From: Dehalococcoidia bacterium
Lineage (GTDB): Bacteria; Chloroflexota; Dehalococcoidia; SM23-28-2; RBG-16-64-32
Assembly (NCBI GenBank): GCA_963665775.2
Contig: CAXXTF010000002.1
Coordinates: 683,255 to 747,254, forward strand
Length of the DNA stretch: 64,000 bases
Reading direction: 5' to 3'
Part shown: piece after piece, positions 50,083 to 60,586 of the stretch
How positions within the stretch are numbered: the first letter of the stretch is position 1
How the letters are laid out: the number at the start of each line of letters is the position of its first letter
Translations under genes and position numbers: made by a program
The notes under the pieces: generated by a model
Seen by the model: the letters and a program-made list of their open reading frames with translations, nothing else
The model's database searches: none
Told to the model about the DNA's origin: nothing

Positions 50083-52125
50083 ATGTCCATGGCCGCCCTC
50101 CTTGAGGAAGAGAGCATCCCTTACCCCCGCCTTCGTCGTGGTGAGATCATCGAAGGGGTACTCGTAGGGACCAATCGAGATGGCATCCTGGTTGACATCG
50201 GTGCCAAGTCCGAAGGCGTAGTCCCCCCCCATGAGATGCATTGCCTGCGGCCGGAAGGACCCTCCAGCTTGCAGCCCGGGGAGAAGCTCTTAGTCTTCGT
50301 CGTCCAGCCAGAGTCCCCGGAAGGCCAGATCATCCTCTCCCTGGACAGAGCCCGCGGCGAGCACGGCTGGCGCGTCCTGCAGGATTACCTGGACCAGAAC
50401 AGCTCTTTCGAAGGGCACGTCGCCGGCAGCAACAAAGGCGGCTTACTCGTAAACGTGGAGGGCGTAAGCGGCTTCGTCCCCCTCTCCCAAATAGTGTCCG
50501 GCCCGGACCGTAACTCCACAGAAGGCCCGGAGAGAGCTCTCCTGGCGTGGGTGGGAAGGACCCTCCACCTCAAGGTTATAGAGCTCAACCGTCGTCGCAA
50601 CCGGGCCATCCTCTCAGAGCGCGCGGCCTTCCAAGAGAAACGCGCGGCGGAGAAGGAGAGACTCCTGCAGGAGATCAGCGAGGGTGAGGTCCGTAGCGGT
50701 CGGATCACCAGCATACGCGACTTCGGTATCTTCGTGGACATCGGCGGCGCTGATGGTCTGGTCCACCTCTCGGAACTCTCCTGGGAGCGCACACCAAAAT
50801 CACCACACGAGCTGTTCAAGACCGGCGACGAGGTAGAGGTGTACGTCCTCAAAGTAGACCAGGAGAGCAAGCGAATCGGCCTCAGCGTGCGCCGTGCTCA
50901 ACCCGAACGTTGGCTAGAGATCGTCTCGCGCTACCGTGAAGGCCAGATAGTTCCTGGACAAGTCACGAAACTGGCTCCCTTCGGCGCCTTCGTACGACTG
51001 GAGGGACCCATCGAGGGTCTGATCCATATCTCGGAGCTCGTGGACCGACGCGTCAACCATCCCAACGAGGTGATAGATGAAGGCGACGCCGTGCCCGTCA
51101 AGATCGTCCGAATCGAGCACGACCGACACCGGCTGGGCCTGAGCCTGCGCCAGGCCCGGGACAAAGCGGAAGAAGACGGCTGGACGTTCAACGACAACGG
51201 CAGCGTGGTCTCCCCAGCACCAGGCGTATTGGACCAGCTCGGCATCGAAGAGACTGTGACCGCGCCCGCAACGGAAGCGGAGCCCGCCCAGACAGTCGCT
51301 GACGTCGAGGCGGAGGCCGCGACCGAAGCCGAATCCGAGGCGCCCACCGTGGTAGAAGAGATCGCAGCGGAGCCGGAAGCGCAGACCTCTGCCCAGCCCA
51401 CAGCGGAGATCGAGGCGGAGGCCGCGACCGAAGCCGAATCCGAGGCGCCCACCGCGGTAGAAGAGATCGCAGCGGAGCCGGAAGCGCAGACCTCTGCCCA
51501 GCCCACAGCGGAGATCGAGGCGGAGGCCGCAACCAAGATTGAGTCCGAAGCCCCCGCCGCCGTAGAACCGGAAACGGCTGTAGCGGCCGAAGAGCCACAG
51601 ACGGAAGCCGCGCCAGCGGTGGCGGCAGACGAAGCCGCGTCTGACGAGCCGGCGCCAGAAGCGGAGCCCCAAGCGGAGGTAGCGACCGTGCCAGAAGGCT
51701 CGGCGGAAGCGGAGCCGGAAGCAACTGCGGAAGCGCCGCCAGTGGAGGCGGCAGACGAAGCCGCGTCTGACGAGCCGGCGCCAGAAGCGGAGCCCCAAGC
51801 AGAGGTTGCGACCGCACCAGAAGGCTCAGCGGAAGCGGAGCCGGAAGCGGCGGCGGAGCCAGAAGCAACTGCGGAAGCGCCGCCAGTGGAGGCGGCAGAG
51901 GACACCGCATCCGACAAGCCGGCGCCGGAAGTAGCGACCGCACCCGAAGGCTCAACGGAAGCGGAGACCGAGACACCCATCCAAACCCCTGAAGAGCAGA
52001 ATGCAACGGAACAGCAGCCAGAAGCGTTCAATAAAGAGGGGGAAACGCTGACAACCAGCGAGTCTGCTCCTGTGGAACCGATCTTGAGTAGCCAGACGCA
52101 AGCGGAGAGAGAGAGCGGGAGTTGA
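50083..52125 (+). CDS. rpsA: 30S ribosomal protein S1 (four S1 domains) with long acidic repetitive C-terminal extension
   Basis: Four S1 motifs (GEIIEGVLVG..GILVDIG, FEGHVAGSNKGGLLVNVEG, RSGRITSIRDFGIFVDIGG, VPGQVTKLAPFGAFVRLEG), then about 310 aa of Ala/Glu/Pro-rich repeats. Confidence 0.9.
   Translation: MSMAALLEEESIPYPRLRRGEIIEGVLVGTNRDGILVDIGAKSEGVVPPHEMHCLRPEGPSSLQPGEKLLVFVVQPESPEGQIILSLDRARGEHGWRVLQDYLDQNSSFEGHVAGSNKGGLLVNVEGVSGFVPLSQIVSGPDRNSTEGPERALLAWVGRTLHLKVIELNRRRNRAILSERAAFQEKRAAEKERLLQEISEGEVRSGRITSIRDFGIFVDIGGADGLVHLSELSWERTPKSPHELFKTGDEVEVYVLKVDQESKRIGLSVRRAQPERWLEIVSRYREGQIVPGQVTKLAPFGAFVRLEGPIEGLIHISELVDRRVNHPNEVIDEGDAVPVKIVRIEHDRHRLGLSLRQARDKAEEDGWTFNDNGSVVSPAPGVLDQLGIEETVTAPATEAEPAQTVADVEAEAATEAESEAPTVVEEIAAEPEAQTSAQPTAEIEAEAATEAESEAPTAVEEIAAEPEAQTSAQPTAEIEAEAATKIESEAPAAVEPETAVAAEEPQTEAAPAVAADEAASDEPAPEAEPQAEVATVPEGSAEAEPEATAEAPPVEAADEAASDEPAPEAEPQAEVATAPEGSAEAEPEAAAEPEATAEAPPVEAAEDTASDKPAPEVATAPEGSTEAETETPIQTPEEQNATEQQPEAFNKEGETLTTSESAPVEPILSSQTQAERESGS
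51307..51545 (+). repeat. Tandem 105-bp (35-aa) coding repeat, about 2.3 copies, inside rpsA
   Basis: Unit EAEAATEAESEAPT[VA]VEEIAAEPEAQTSAQPTAEI. Copies start at 51307, 51412 and 51517. Confidence 0.75.
51625..51960 (+). repeat. Tandem 126-bp (42-aa) coding repeat, about 2.5 copies, inside rpsA
   Basis: Unit ADEAASDEPAPEAEPQAEVAT[VA]PEGSAEAEPEATAEAPPVEA. Copies start at 51625 and 51751, and the third copy is diverged. Confidence 0.7.
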
Positions 52126-52128
52126 AAT

Positions 52129-54594
52129 ATGGCTGACAGATTCGATAAGTTCACCGAGCGCGCCCGCCGGGTCCTCACCCTGGCTCAGGAAGAGGCCCTA
52201 CGCTTCAACCACAACTACATCGGCACGGAACACCTCCTCCTCGGCCTCGTCCGTGAAGGAGACGGGGTAGCCGCCAAGGTCCTGGCTAACCTCGGCGTTG
52301 AGCTCAACAAGGTACGCTCCGCCGTCGAATTCATCATCGGCCGTGGCGACCGGGCCGTCACCGGCGAGATCGGACTCACCCCCCGTGCCAAAAAGGTTAT
52401 CGAACTGGCCGTCGACGAGGCACGCCGCCTCGGCCACCACTACATCGGCACGGAACACCTCCTCCTCGGCCTCGTCCGTGAAGGCGAGGGCATCGCCGCC
52501 GGCGTTCTAGCAAGCCTGGGCATCAGCCTGGACAAGGTCCGCGGGGAGGTCACTCGCATACTCTCCCAAAGCATGCCCCAGGGCACCGCTCAGGGAGGCC
52601 GTGCTGCCCCCACCCGCACCCCCACCGTCGACCAGCTGGGGATAGACCTTACGGCCGCTGCCAGAGCCGGAAAGTTGGACCCCGTCATCGGTCGCGAAAA
52701 GGAGATCGAGCGGGTCATCCAGATCCTCTCACGGCGTACCAAGAACAACCCGGTGCTCATTGGCGAGGCCGGCGTCGGTAAGACCGCCATCGTGGAGGCC
52801 CTGGCCCAGCGCGTCGTCAACAGCGAAGTCCCGGATACGGTCACCGGCCGCCGCATCGTGACCCTGGACATCGGCTCCCTGGTGGCTGGCACGAAGTACC
52901 GCGGCGAGTTCGAGGAGCGGCTGAAGAAGGTCATCGAGGAGCTGAAGAACGCCAGCAACTGCATCCTCTTCATCGACGAGATGCACATGCTGGTGGGCGC
53001 CGGCGCCGCCGAGGGTGCCGTGGACGCCGCCAACATCCTCAAGCCATCCCTGGCCCGCGGCGAGATCCAATGTGTGGGCGCCACCACCCTGGATGACTAC
53101 CGCAAACACATCGAAAGGGACGCCGCCCTGGAGCGCCGCCTCCAGCCCATCATCGTCAACGAACCCTCTGCCGAAGAGAGCATCGAGATCCTCAAGGGGA
53201 TCAAGAGCCGGTACGAGGAACACCACAAGCTCACCATTACCGATGAGGCCGTGCAGGTTGCAGTCGAACTCGCCTCCCGCTACGTGCCGGATCGCTTCCT
53301 CCCGGACAAGGCCATCGATCTCATCGACGAGACCGCCTCCCGTGTGCGCATCAAGCGCTCCTACTCGCCACCCTCGCTAAAGGAGGCCAACCAGCGGCTG
53401 GAGGACCTGCGCCGCGAGAAAGAGGCCGCCATCGCCGCCCAGCAGTATGAGCAGGCCGCCGAACTCCGCGACCGTGAGGTCAAGCTCCAAGACGAGCTCC
53501 AGGGTATGGAGAACGGCTGGGCCACAGAACGCGAGGAGAACAAGCCGGAGGTCAGCGCAGAGGATGTCTGCGAGGTCCTCGCCATGTGGACCGGCATCCC
53601 CGTCACCCGCATCGCCTCCGAAGAGTCCCAGCGCCTACTGGGCATGGAGGACGTCCTGCACGAGAAGGTCGTGGGCCAAGACGAGCCGATCCACCTGATC
53701 GCCAAGGCCGTCCGTCGCGCCCGCGCCGGCATCAAGGACCCCCGTCGGCCCATCGGCGCCTTCATGTTCCTGGGCCCTACCGGTGTCGGCAAAACGTATC
53801 TGGCCCGCATCCTGGCCGAGTTCATGTTCGGCAGCGAAGACGCCATGATCAAGCTGGACATGTCCGAGTTCATGGAGAAGCACAACGTCTCCCGCCTCAT
53901 CGGCGCCCCTCCTGGCTATGTCGGCTACGACGACGCCGGCCAGCTCACCGACGCCGTCCGTCGCAAGTCCTACTGCCTCATCCTCCTGGACGAGATCGAG
54001 AAGGCCCACCCGGAGGTCTACAACATGCTGCTCCAGGTCTTCGATGACGGCCACCTCACCGATGCCAAGGGCCGCCGCGTCGACTTCCGCAACACGATCA
54101 TTATCATGACCTCCAACGTCGGATCTGACCTCATCCGCAAGGAGACCACCCTGGGATTCTCCATCAAGACCGATGATTCCAAGACCGAAGAGGATCGGTA
54201 CGAGAAGATGAAGGACAAAGTCCTTACCGCTATGAAAGGCGTCTTCCGTCCGGAGTTCCTCAACCGCTTGGACTCTACAGTCGTCTTCCATGCCCTGTCA
54301 CACGAGCACATCCGCCAGATCGTCGAGAACGAGATGAAGGAGATCGAGAAGCAGATCGTGAGCAAGGGCGTCAAGCTTGAGATGACCGACGCCGCCAAAG
54401 ACTGGATAGGCGAAAAGGGCTACGACCCGGTCTTCGGGGCACGCCCCCTCCGCCGCGTCATCCAGAGTGAGGTCGAGGACCCCCTCTCCGAGGCGATCCT
54501 GGCGGAACGCTTCCAGGATGGCGACACCGTCCGCGTAGACATCCAGAACGGCGAGATCGTCCTCACCACCGTCTCCGAGCCGGCCCTCGCCTGA
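52129..54594 (+). CDS. clpC: ATP-dependent Clp protease ATP-binding subunit ClpC
   Basis: Two Clp_N repeats, GEAGVGKT and GPTGVGKT Walker A motifs, a UVR-like [11 protein letters not shown] linker, and the ClpB_D2-small end. Confidence 0.95.
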   Translation: MADRFDKFTERARRVLTLAQEEALRFNHNYIGTEHLLLGLVREGDGVAAKVLANLGVELNKVRSAVEFIIGRGDRAVTGEIGLTPRAKKVIELAVDEARRLGHHYIGTEHLLLGLVREGEGIAAGVLASLGISLDKVRGEVTRILSQSMPQGTAQGGRAAPTRTPTVDQLGIDLTAAARAGKLDPVIGREKEIERVIQILSRRTKNNPVLIGEAGVGKTAIVEALAQRVVNSEVPDTVTGRRIVTLDIGSLVAGTKYRGEFEERLKKVIEELKNASNCILFIDEMHMLVGAGAAEGAVDAANILKPSLARGEIQCVGATTLDDYRKHIERDAALERRLQPIIVNEPSAEESIEILKGIKSRYEEHHKLTITDEAVQVAVELASRYVPDRFLPDKAIDLIDETASRVRIKRSYSPPSLKEANQRLEDLRREKEAAIAAQQYEQAAELRDREVKLQDELQGMENGWATEREENKPEVSAEDVCEVLAMWTGIPVTRIASEESQRLLGMEDVLHEKVVGQDEPIHLIAKAVRRARAGIKDPRRPIGAFMFLGPTGVGKTYLARILAEFMFGSEDAMIKLDMSEFMEKHNVSRLIGAPPGYVGYDDAGQLTDAVRRKSYCLILLDEIEKAHPEVYNMLLQVFDDGHLTDAKGRRVDFRNTIIIMTSNVGSDLIRKETTLGFSIKTDDSKTEEDRYEKMKDKVLTAMKGVFRPEFLNRLDSTVVFHALSHEHIRQIVENEMKEIEKQIVSKGVKLEMTDAAKDWIGEKGYDPVFGARPLRRVIQSEVEDPLSEAILAERFQDGDTVRVDIQNGEIVLTTVSEPALA

Positions 54595-54616
54595 CGGTGC
54601 AGAGTAGCAGCAAGAT

Positions 54617-54649
54617 GGAGCCGCCCGTTACGGGCGGCTCCCGGCTTTT
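54617..54649 (+). terminator. Intrinsic terminator after clpC
   Basis: Perfect 11-bp stem GGAGCCGCCCG/CGGGCGGCTCC with a TTA loop, followed by CGGCTTTTC. Confidence 0.7.
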
Positions 54650-54749
54650 CTGAACCTCCCGATACGGAGCAGACTAAAGGCTGCTACGTTCATGCCGCAG
54701 CGCTGTTGGCGTCCCGCCCCCCGTCTGCCATAATGCCCCCGAGACCCCC

Positions 54750-56120
54750 ATGTCCAGTGCCAAGCCGCCCCGTACCGTCTTCACCTGCCAGGAGTGCGGT
54801 CATGAGAGCCCCAAATGGCTCGGCCGCTGCCCTGACTGCGCCTCCTGGAACAGCTTCACGGAGAGGACCAGCAGCCGCGGATCACGGGCCGCCGCCAGAC
54901 CCCGCCCCAGCCTGCCGCCCGTCGAGCTGTCCCGCCTAGACCACGACGACGAGCCCCGCCTCGCCCTCGGCCTCCCCGAGTTCGACCGCGTCCTCGGTGG
55001 CGGTATCGTACCCGGCTCCCTGGTCCTCATCGGCGGCGACCCCGGTATCGGCAAGTCCACCCTCCTCCTTCAGATCGCCGCCCGCGCCGCCGGCAGCCAG
55101 GGCCATCCCGTCCTCTACCTCTCAGGCGAGGAGTCCGCCGCTCAGCTCAAGCTACGCGCCGCCCGCCTCGGCCTCCCCGGCGACGCCCTGTTCGTCCTTA
55201 CGGAGACCGACCTGCAAGCCGCCCTGGCTGAGGCTGAGGCCCTCTCCCCCGCCCTCGTAATCGTCGACTCCATCCAGACCGTCTACAGCGCGGCCGCGCC
55301 CCAGGCCCCGGGCAGCGTGGCCCAGCTCCGCCAGTGCACCATGGAGCTCATGCGCTGGGCCAAGGGCTCCGCCGTCCCCGTCTTCATCGTCGGTCACGTC
55401 ACCAAGGAGGGCGATATCGCCGGCCCCCGGCTCCTGGAGCACATCGTGGACGCCGTCCTCTACCTGGAGGGCGAACGGTTCAGCAACTACCGCCTCCTGC
55501 GCGGCGCCAAGAACCGCTTCGGCTCCATCGACGAAGTCGGCGTCTTCGAAATGACCGGCGAAGGGCTTCGCGGCGTCGACAACCCCTCGGAAGCGTTCAT
55601 CGCCGAGCGGGCCAGCGATGCCGCGGGGTCCGTGATCGTCCCCACTGTAGAGGGCAGCCGGCCCCTTCTGGTTGAAATCCAGGCTCTCACGAACCCCACA
55701 GCCACTCCTACCCCCCGCCGTACTGCTAACGGCCTGGACCAGGGCCGCCTCCTTCTCGTATCCGCCGTCCTGAGCCGCCGTCTGGGCCTCCCGCTCGCTA
55801 CCCAGGACATCATCGCCTCCGTGGTGGGCGGCCTGCGCGTGCAGGAACCGGCCGCCGACCTGGCGCTGGCCCTGGCCATCGTCTCCTCCCATCGCGATAA
55901 GCCCGTCCCGCCCGACCTCGTCGCCCTGGGCGAGATCGGCCTCTCCGGCGAGCTACGCTCCGTCACCCAGCTTGACCGCCGCCTGGCGGAGGCCGAGCGG
56001 CTGGGCTTCCGCCGCTGCCTCCTGCCCCAGGCCGCCCTCCGCCGCCCGCCAGCCAAGACCGTGATGGAGCTGCTGCCAGCGGCCACCCTGCGGGAGGCGA
56101 TCAAGACGGCGCTGGCTTAA
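54750..56120 (+). CDS. radA: DNA repair protein RadA/Sms
   Basis: N-terminal zinc finger CQECG...CPDC, GDPGIGKST Walker A, KNRFG motif, Lon-like C-terminal domain. Confidence 0.95.
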   Translation: MSSAKPPRTVFTCQECGHESPKWLGRCPDCASWNSFTERTSSRGSRAAARPRPSLPPVELSRLDHDDEPRLALGLPEFDRVLGGGIVPGSLVLIGGDPGIGKSTLLLQIAARAAGSQGHPVLYLSGEESAAQLKLRAARLGLPGDALFVLTETDLQAALAEAEALSPALVIVDSIQTVYSAAAPQAPGSVAQLRQCTMELMRWAKGSAVPVFIVGHVTKEGDIAGPRLLEHIVDAVLYLEGERFSNYRLLRGAKNRFGSIDEVGVFEMTGEGLRGVDNPSEAFIAERASDAAGSVIVPTVEGSRPLLVEIQALTNPTATPTPRRTANGLDQGRLLLVSAVLSRRLGLPLATQDIIASVVGGLRVQEPAADLALALAIVSSHRDKPVPPDLVALGEIGLSGELRSVTQLDRRLAEAERLGFRRCLLPQAALRRPPAKTVMELLPAATLREAIKTALA

Positions 56121-56126
56121 TACGGC

Positions 56127-57239
56127 CTAGAACTCGATCTGCTTGTGCCGCAGGACTATCCCCTGCAACAGCCCCAACGCCACGAACAGCATGATCAGGG
56201 AGCTACCCCCCTGACTGATGAAGGGCAGAGGAATCCCCGTCACCGGCAGTAGCCGGATGTTCACCGCCACGTTGATGAACACCTGGAACAGGATCATGAT
56301 CACGATCCCCGTCGCCACCAGCCGCCCGAACTGGTCTCGCGCCAGCGATGCCACCCGGATGCCCCGGAACAGCAGCGCGATGAACAGTCCGAACAGCACC
56401 AGCGCCCCCACGAGCCCCAACTCCTCCCCCAACACACTGAAGATATAGTCCGTCGTCGGCGTCCGGAGGAAGTCGGACTGGATCTGCGTCCCTTCCGTCA
56501 GCCCCTTGCCGAACAGCCCGCCGGAGCCCACGCTGATCTCCGCCTGCAGTATGTTGAACCCTCCACCCAGGGGGTCTGCGTTGGGATTCAGCCACAGTCC
56601 GATGCGCTCCCGCTGGTAGTCGCCCATTATGGCCAGAGTAGCGAACGGGATCACCGACACCATAAACCCGAACAGCACCATCATGTAGCGCATCGGAACC
56701 CCTGCCACTACCACCATGCCCAGCCAGATCGCCCCGAAGATGATCGCCGTCCCCATGTCCGGCTCTACCAGGACCAGCGCCGCCGGCAGCGCCGCCATCG
56801 CCAGCGAAACCAAGAAGACACGCAGCTGATGCATCTGCCCCTGGCGGTCGGCCAGGTAGCGGGCCAGCGCCACTATCATCAGCAGCTTGGCCACCTCCGA
56901 GGCCTGGATCTGCGTCCCCGCGAAGCTGAACCACCGCCGCGAGCCGAATGCGGGATCACCCACCACCAGCACCAACGCCAGCATCACTATGGCCAGGGCA
57001 TATAGCACCGGTGCCATCTGACCGAAGATTCGGTAGTCCAGCCAGACCACGAACGCCATCAAACCCAGCCCAGCCACCGCGAAGGCCGTCTGTTTCACCA
57101 GCGGATGCTCCAGGCTGGAGATGCCGTCCGGGTAGGAGTTCAGTGACGCGCTGTAGAGGAGGAGAGCCCCGTACGAGACCAGCGCCGCCGCCAGGAGCAG
57201 CAGCGGTACGTCGAAGTGACGGATCAGCCGCCGCTCCAT
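56127..57239 (-). CDS. rodA: Peptidoglycan glycosyltransferase RodA (SEDS family)
   Basis: 370 aa, about 10 TM helices, FtsW/RodA motifs (TDYIFSVLGEELG, PLPFISQGGSS). Last gene of the mre/mrd operon. Confidence 0.9.
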   Translation of the reverse strand: MERRLIRHFDVPLLLLAAALVSYGALLLYSASLNSYPDGISSLEHPLVKQTAFAVAGLGLMAFVVWLDYRIFGQMAPVLYALAIVMLALVLVVGDPAFGSRRWFSFAGTQIQASEVAKLLMIVALARYLADRQGQMHQLRVFLVSLAMAALPAALVLVEPDMGTAIIFGAIWLGMVVVAGVPMRYMMVLFGFMVSVIPFATLAIMGDYQRERIGLWLNPNADPLGGGFNILQAEISVGSGGLFGKGLTEGTQIQSDFLRTPTTDYIFSVLGEELGLVGALVLFGLFIALLFRGIRVASLARDQFGRLVATGIVIMILFQVFINVAVNIRLLPVTGIPLPFISQGGSSLIMLFVALGLLQGIVLRHKQIEF

Positions 57240-59150
57240 CTACTGCCCCCCCTCGGACTTCTGCGCCAGCTGAGCACCGTTGAAGTAATAATCAAGAATC
57301 TTAGCCGCCGCCGCCGCGTTCTGCCCGCCTTCCCCCCGCTGCACGAACACCACTATCGCCACTTCCGGCTCCTCGTAGGGAGCAAACCCCACGAACCAGC
57401 CGTGTGTCTCAAAGGAGCCGTCCTCTCGTGCCAGCCCGAACTCCGCCGTCCCCGTCTTGCCCGCAACCGCCAATCCCGACACCGCCGCCGTATCGGCCAC
57501 CCCGTTCGTCACCGACTGAAGCATCGCCTCTCCCACGATATCCAGATAGGACCGCTCTACGGGCACCGTCCGGCGCACCTCCGTCTCCACCTGCTGCAGT
57601 ATGTTGCCCTGATCGTCCCGCACCTCCATCAACAGATGCGGAATCAACAGCTTGCCCCCGTTAGCGATGGCCGCCACAGCAGTCACCATCTGCAGCGGTG
57701 TCACCGAAAGATACCCCTGCCCGATCCCGAAGTTGTAGGTGTCGCCCAGCGTCCACGGATCGCCGACGGTCTCCTCCTTCCAGATCGCATCGGGCACGAC
57801 ACCCGCTGACTCCCCCGGCAGATCGATCCCCGATATCTCGCCCAGACCGAACGCGCGCGCATACAGTGCGACCCGCTCCTCTCCCAGGCCACGGAATTCG
57901 TCCTCCGAATTCCCCCCAGCCAGGTAGTAGAAGTACACGTTGGAAGACATCGCGAGGCCGCCATAGAAATCCAGCGCCCCCAGGGCGGCCCAGTCCGGGA
58001 ACAGCTCCAGGGCGTTGGGATTGTACTCGTTCTGGACAAGGATATACCCCTCGCTGATGATCACCGTCCCCGCCGTGGCTACGCCTTCCTGTAGGGCCGC
58101 CGCTCCCACGATGGGCTTGAAGCTGCTGCCCGGTGGATACCTCTCGGCGATGGTGTGGTTCACCAGGGGCTTGCCGACATCCTCAAGCACAGCTGCTAAA
58201 TCCGCCTCACTCAGCGACCCCGTGAAGATGTTACTATCGAACGTCGGCAGGGACACCATCGCCAGCACCTCACCCGTGTGCACGTCCATCACCACCGCCG
58301 CCGCATTGTCGGAGGAGCCGGCGTACTGCGCCAGCACCCTCACCACTTCGTTCTGCAGCTCCACGTCGATCGTCAGAACCAGGTTCGACCCGTCCAACGG
58401 CCGTCGCTCGGAGATCACCTCGAGTTCACGACCAGCGGCATTCACCTCTATCAACTTTTCCCCCGGCTTGCCCCGCAAGATCGGCTCGTAGAACAGCTCC
58501 ACACCGCTCTTACCGATGAAATCCTGCACCAGGTACTCCAGCTCGCTAAAGGCCACGAACTCCTCTGCGGAGATCGGACCCACATAGCCCAGCACGTGCG
58601 ACAGGCTGGACCCGGCCACGTAGCTCCGCGCCGGCTCCATCAGCAGCCTGAGACCGGGCGCGTGAGGCTCCAGCTCCTTCAGGATCAGCGCCGTCTCCCA
58701 ATCAAGCCCCTCCTTGATCACCGCCGGACTGTACGCCCCCTCCCGCGCCTCACCTTCACTTACCCTCTCCTCGATCTCCGCCACCGGAACCCCGATCACC
58801 GACGCCAGCAACCGGTAAACGTCACCCTCGCCCCCCTCCGGCAGGTCGCCCGGCACGATCGCCGCCGAGAACACCGCCGAGTTCTGCACCAGGGGCCGCA
58901 GGTTCCGATCATAGATGAGGCCCCGCGCCGGCGGAATCTGTACCTCCCTCAGGGCATTTATCTCCGCCCGCTGAGCGTACTCATCGCCCTGGACCACCTG
59001 CATACGGACTAGCTGCACTATCAAGATCCCGAACAGCAGGATAACCAGCGCCCGTAGCCACGTGAACATCGGGCGCCCATCGCCAGACCGCTGCCGATCC
59101 GGCTTCGGCTTCTTGCTACGCCACCGTTTACGCCGCCCTGAAGTATCCAT
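57240..59150 (-). CDS. mrdA: Penicillin-binding protein 2 (elongation transpeptidase)
   Basis: PBP dimerisation domain plus transpeptidase motifs SSFK, SSN and KTGT. Stop abuts the rodA start. Confidence 0.9.
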   Translation of the reverse strand: MDTSGRRKRWRSKKPKPDRQRSGDGRPMFTWLRALVILLFGILIVQLVRMQVVQGDEYAQRAEINALREVQIPPARGLIYDRNLRPLVQNSAVFSAAIVPGDLPEGGEGDVYRLLASVIGVPVAEIEERVSEGEAREGAYSPAVIKEGLDWETALILKELEPHAPGLRLLMEPARSYVAGSSLSHVLGYVGPISAEEFVAFSELEYLVQDFIGKSGVELFYEPILRGKPGEKLIEVNAAGRELEVISERRPLDGSNLVLTIDVELQNEVVRVLAQYAGSSDNAAAVVMDVHTGEVLAMVSLPTFDSNIFTGSLSEADLAAVLEDVGKPLVNHTIAERYPPGSSFKPIVGAAALQEGVATAGTVIISEGYILVQNEYNPNALELFPDWAALGALDFYGGLAMSSNVYFYYLAGGNSEDEFRGLGEERVALYARAFGLGEISGIDLPGESAGVVPDAIWKEETVGDPWTLGDTYNFGIGQGYLSVTPLQMVTAVAAIANGGKLLIPHLLMEVRDDQGNILQQVETEVRRTVPVERSYLDIVGEAMLQSVTNGVADTAAVSGLAVAGKTGTAEFGLAREDGSFETHGWFVGFAPYEEPEVAIVVFVQRGEGGQNAAAAAKILDYYFNGAQLAQKSEGGQ

Positions 59151-59156
59151 CGCTCC

Positions 59157-59675
59157 CTACAGCGGCACCGTCCGGCCGAGCCTGGCCATTCCCTGCCCCG
59201 GCTCGGGGCTCAGCCAGCGTACCGGCAGATATACGATGGGCGTAAACAATGCGTTCCCTATCGCTGTCGGCAGCATCACCCATAGCAGACCATCCACCCA
59301 GGGGACCCCCTGTCCTGTGGCGGTCAGGACAGTCATGCTAAGGAGAGCGTAAATCAGACTACCGGCCACCACCGCGATCAACGTGAGCACGAGATCCGAT
59401 TCCACGGCCCGCAGCTCTCTTATGACTACCAGCAGCACTATGGGCGCCAAAGCCAGCACCGAGGTTCCCACCGGATCACTGGTGGTCAGGTCCTTCATGA
59501 GACCCGCCAGAGGAACGACCACTGCCGCCTCCCGCTGTCCCCGCACCATCGTCCAGCACACCGCAAAGATCAGGATCAGGTCCGGCGTGACCCCCAGCAC
59601 CTTCACGGAAGGCATAGCGGAAGCCCCCAGAACGGCCAGGAAGAACGCGGCGCCGGCGGCCACTACGTATCTCAC
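59157..59675 (-). CDS. mreD: Rod shape-determining protein MreD
   Basis: 172 aa polytopic membrane protein between mreC and mrdA. 4-nt overlap with mreC. Confidence 0.8.
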   Translation of the reverse strand: MRYVVAAGAAFFLAVLGASAMPSVKVLGVTPDLILIFAVCWTMVRGQREAAVVVPLAGLMKDLTTSDPVGTSVLALAPIVLLVVIRELRAVESDLVLTLIAVVAGSLIYALLSMTVLTATGQGVPWVDGLLWVMLPTAIGNALFTPIVYLPVRWLSPEPGQGMARLGRTVPL

Positions 59676-60523
59676 GGCCCTTCTAACCTCGCCGGCCGGA
59701 AGCTGGTCAGCACAAGCACCGTCTCCAGCGACGAAAGTGCCGCCGCCGGCTCTATGATCGCCCGCTTGAAGGGCGCCTGCGGCTGCTCCTCCACCGATTC
59801 CACACTGCCGATGAGAAGCGCACGTGGGTAGTTCCCGCCCAGACCCGAGGTTGTCACCAGACTCCCCTCGATCACCTCGGAATCCGAGGGTAGCAGCTCC
59901 AGGACCAACCCTCGACGCAGATCACCGCCAATCACCCCCTGTGCCGGCGAACCATCCTCCGGCTCCGATCCGCTACCAGCCACCTGCGCGTTCACCGCGC
60001 TGTCTGGATCCGTGACCAGGCGCACCCAAGCGAACCCCTCGTACGCACGCGATATCGTCCCCACGAGACTGCCGTTTCTGGACAGCACCGCCATCCCCTC
60101 CTCCACACCATCGCTCACCCCCCGATCGATAGCGACGAACCGTTTTAGACCGGACGGGTCCCGCGCCGCCACGTTAGCCACCAGGAACTCGTCATCCGGT
60201 CGGCTCTGCTTCACGCCCAGCGCATCTTCCAGCTCCCGAATGCGTAGCTCGGCATCCTGCTCGGCCACCGTCTGCCCCTGCAGCCGTTCCAGCTCCTCCT
60301 TCAGCCGCCGGTTCTCCCGGACAAGTTCGCCCCGGTCCACGATCCCCTCGAAGAATTCGCTGACGGAGTTCGCTAGGTCGCGGAAGCCGCCCTCCACGGG
60401 CGATGTGATGCGCAGGGAGAAGTTCTCCAAAGGGTCTAGGGCACGCTGATGGGAGAGGACGATGCCCACTACGCTAACGGTTACCACCGTTAGCAACCAC
60501 CACATCACTCGCACCCGGTACAT
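59672..60523 (-). CDS. mreC: Rod shape-determining protein MreC
   Basis: N-terminal TM helix, coiled coil (ENRRLKEELERLQ), beta-barrel region with VVTSGLGGNYP-like motif (LVTTSGLGGNYPRAL). Confidence 0.85.
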   Translation of the reverse strand: MYRVRVMWWLLTVVTVSVVGIVLSHQRALDPLENFSLRITSPVEGGFRDLANSVSEFFEGIVDRGELVRENRRLKEELERLQGQTVAEQDAELRIRELEDALGVKQSRPDDEFLVANVAARDPSGLKRFVAIDRGVSDGVEEGMAVLSRNGSLVGTISRAYEGFAWVRLVTDPDSAVNAQVAGSGSEPEDGSPAQGVIGGDLRRGLVLELLPSDSEVIEGSLVTTSGLGGNYPRALLIGSVESVEEQPQAPFKRAIIEPAAALSSLETVLVLTSFRPARLEGP

Positions 60524-60586
60524 GGCCTCCGCACGTTCTTGGTCCCTTGGTGGCCCGTCCCACCGGCACCCACTGCCCCACGCCGC

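Noticed and set aside
51307-51960. Regularly spaced direct repeats that could suggest a CRISPR-like array
   Set aside because: The repeat units (105 and 126 bp) abut each other with no unique spacers. They are in frame inside rpsA and translate to low-complexity protein repeats. No cas genes are in the window.
50914-52178. Three long minus-strand ORFs (294, 415 and 272 aa) with striking internal repeats
   Set aside because: They are antisense or shadow readings of the repetitive C-terminal tail of rpsA. The repeats are explained by the plus-strand coding repeats.
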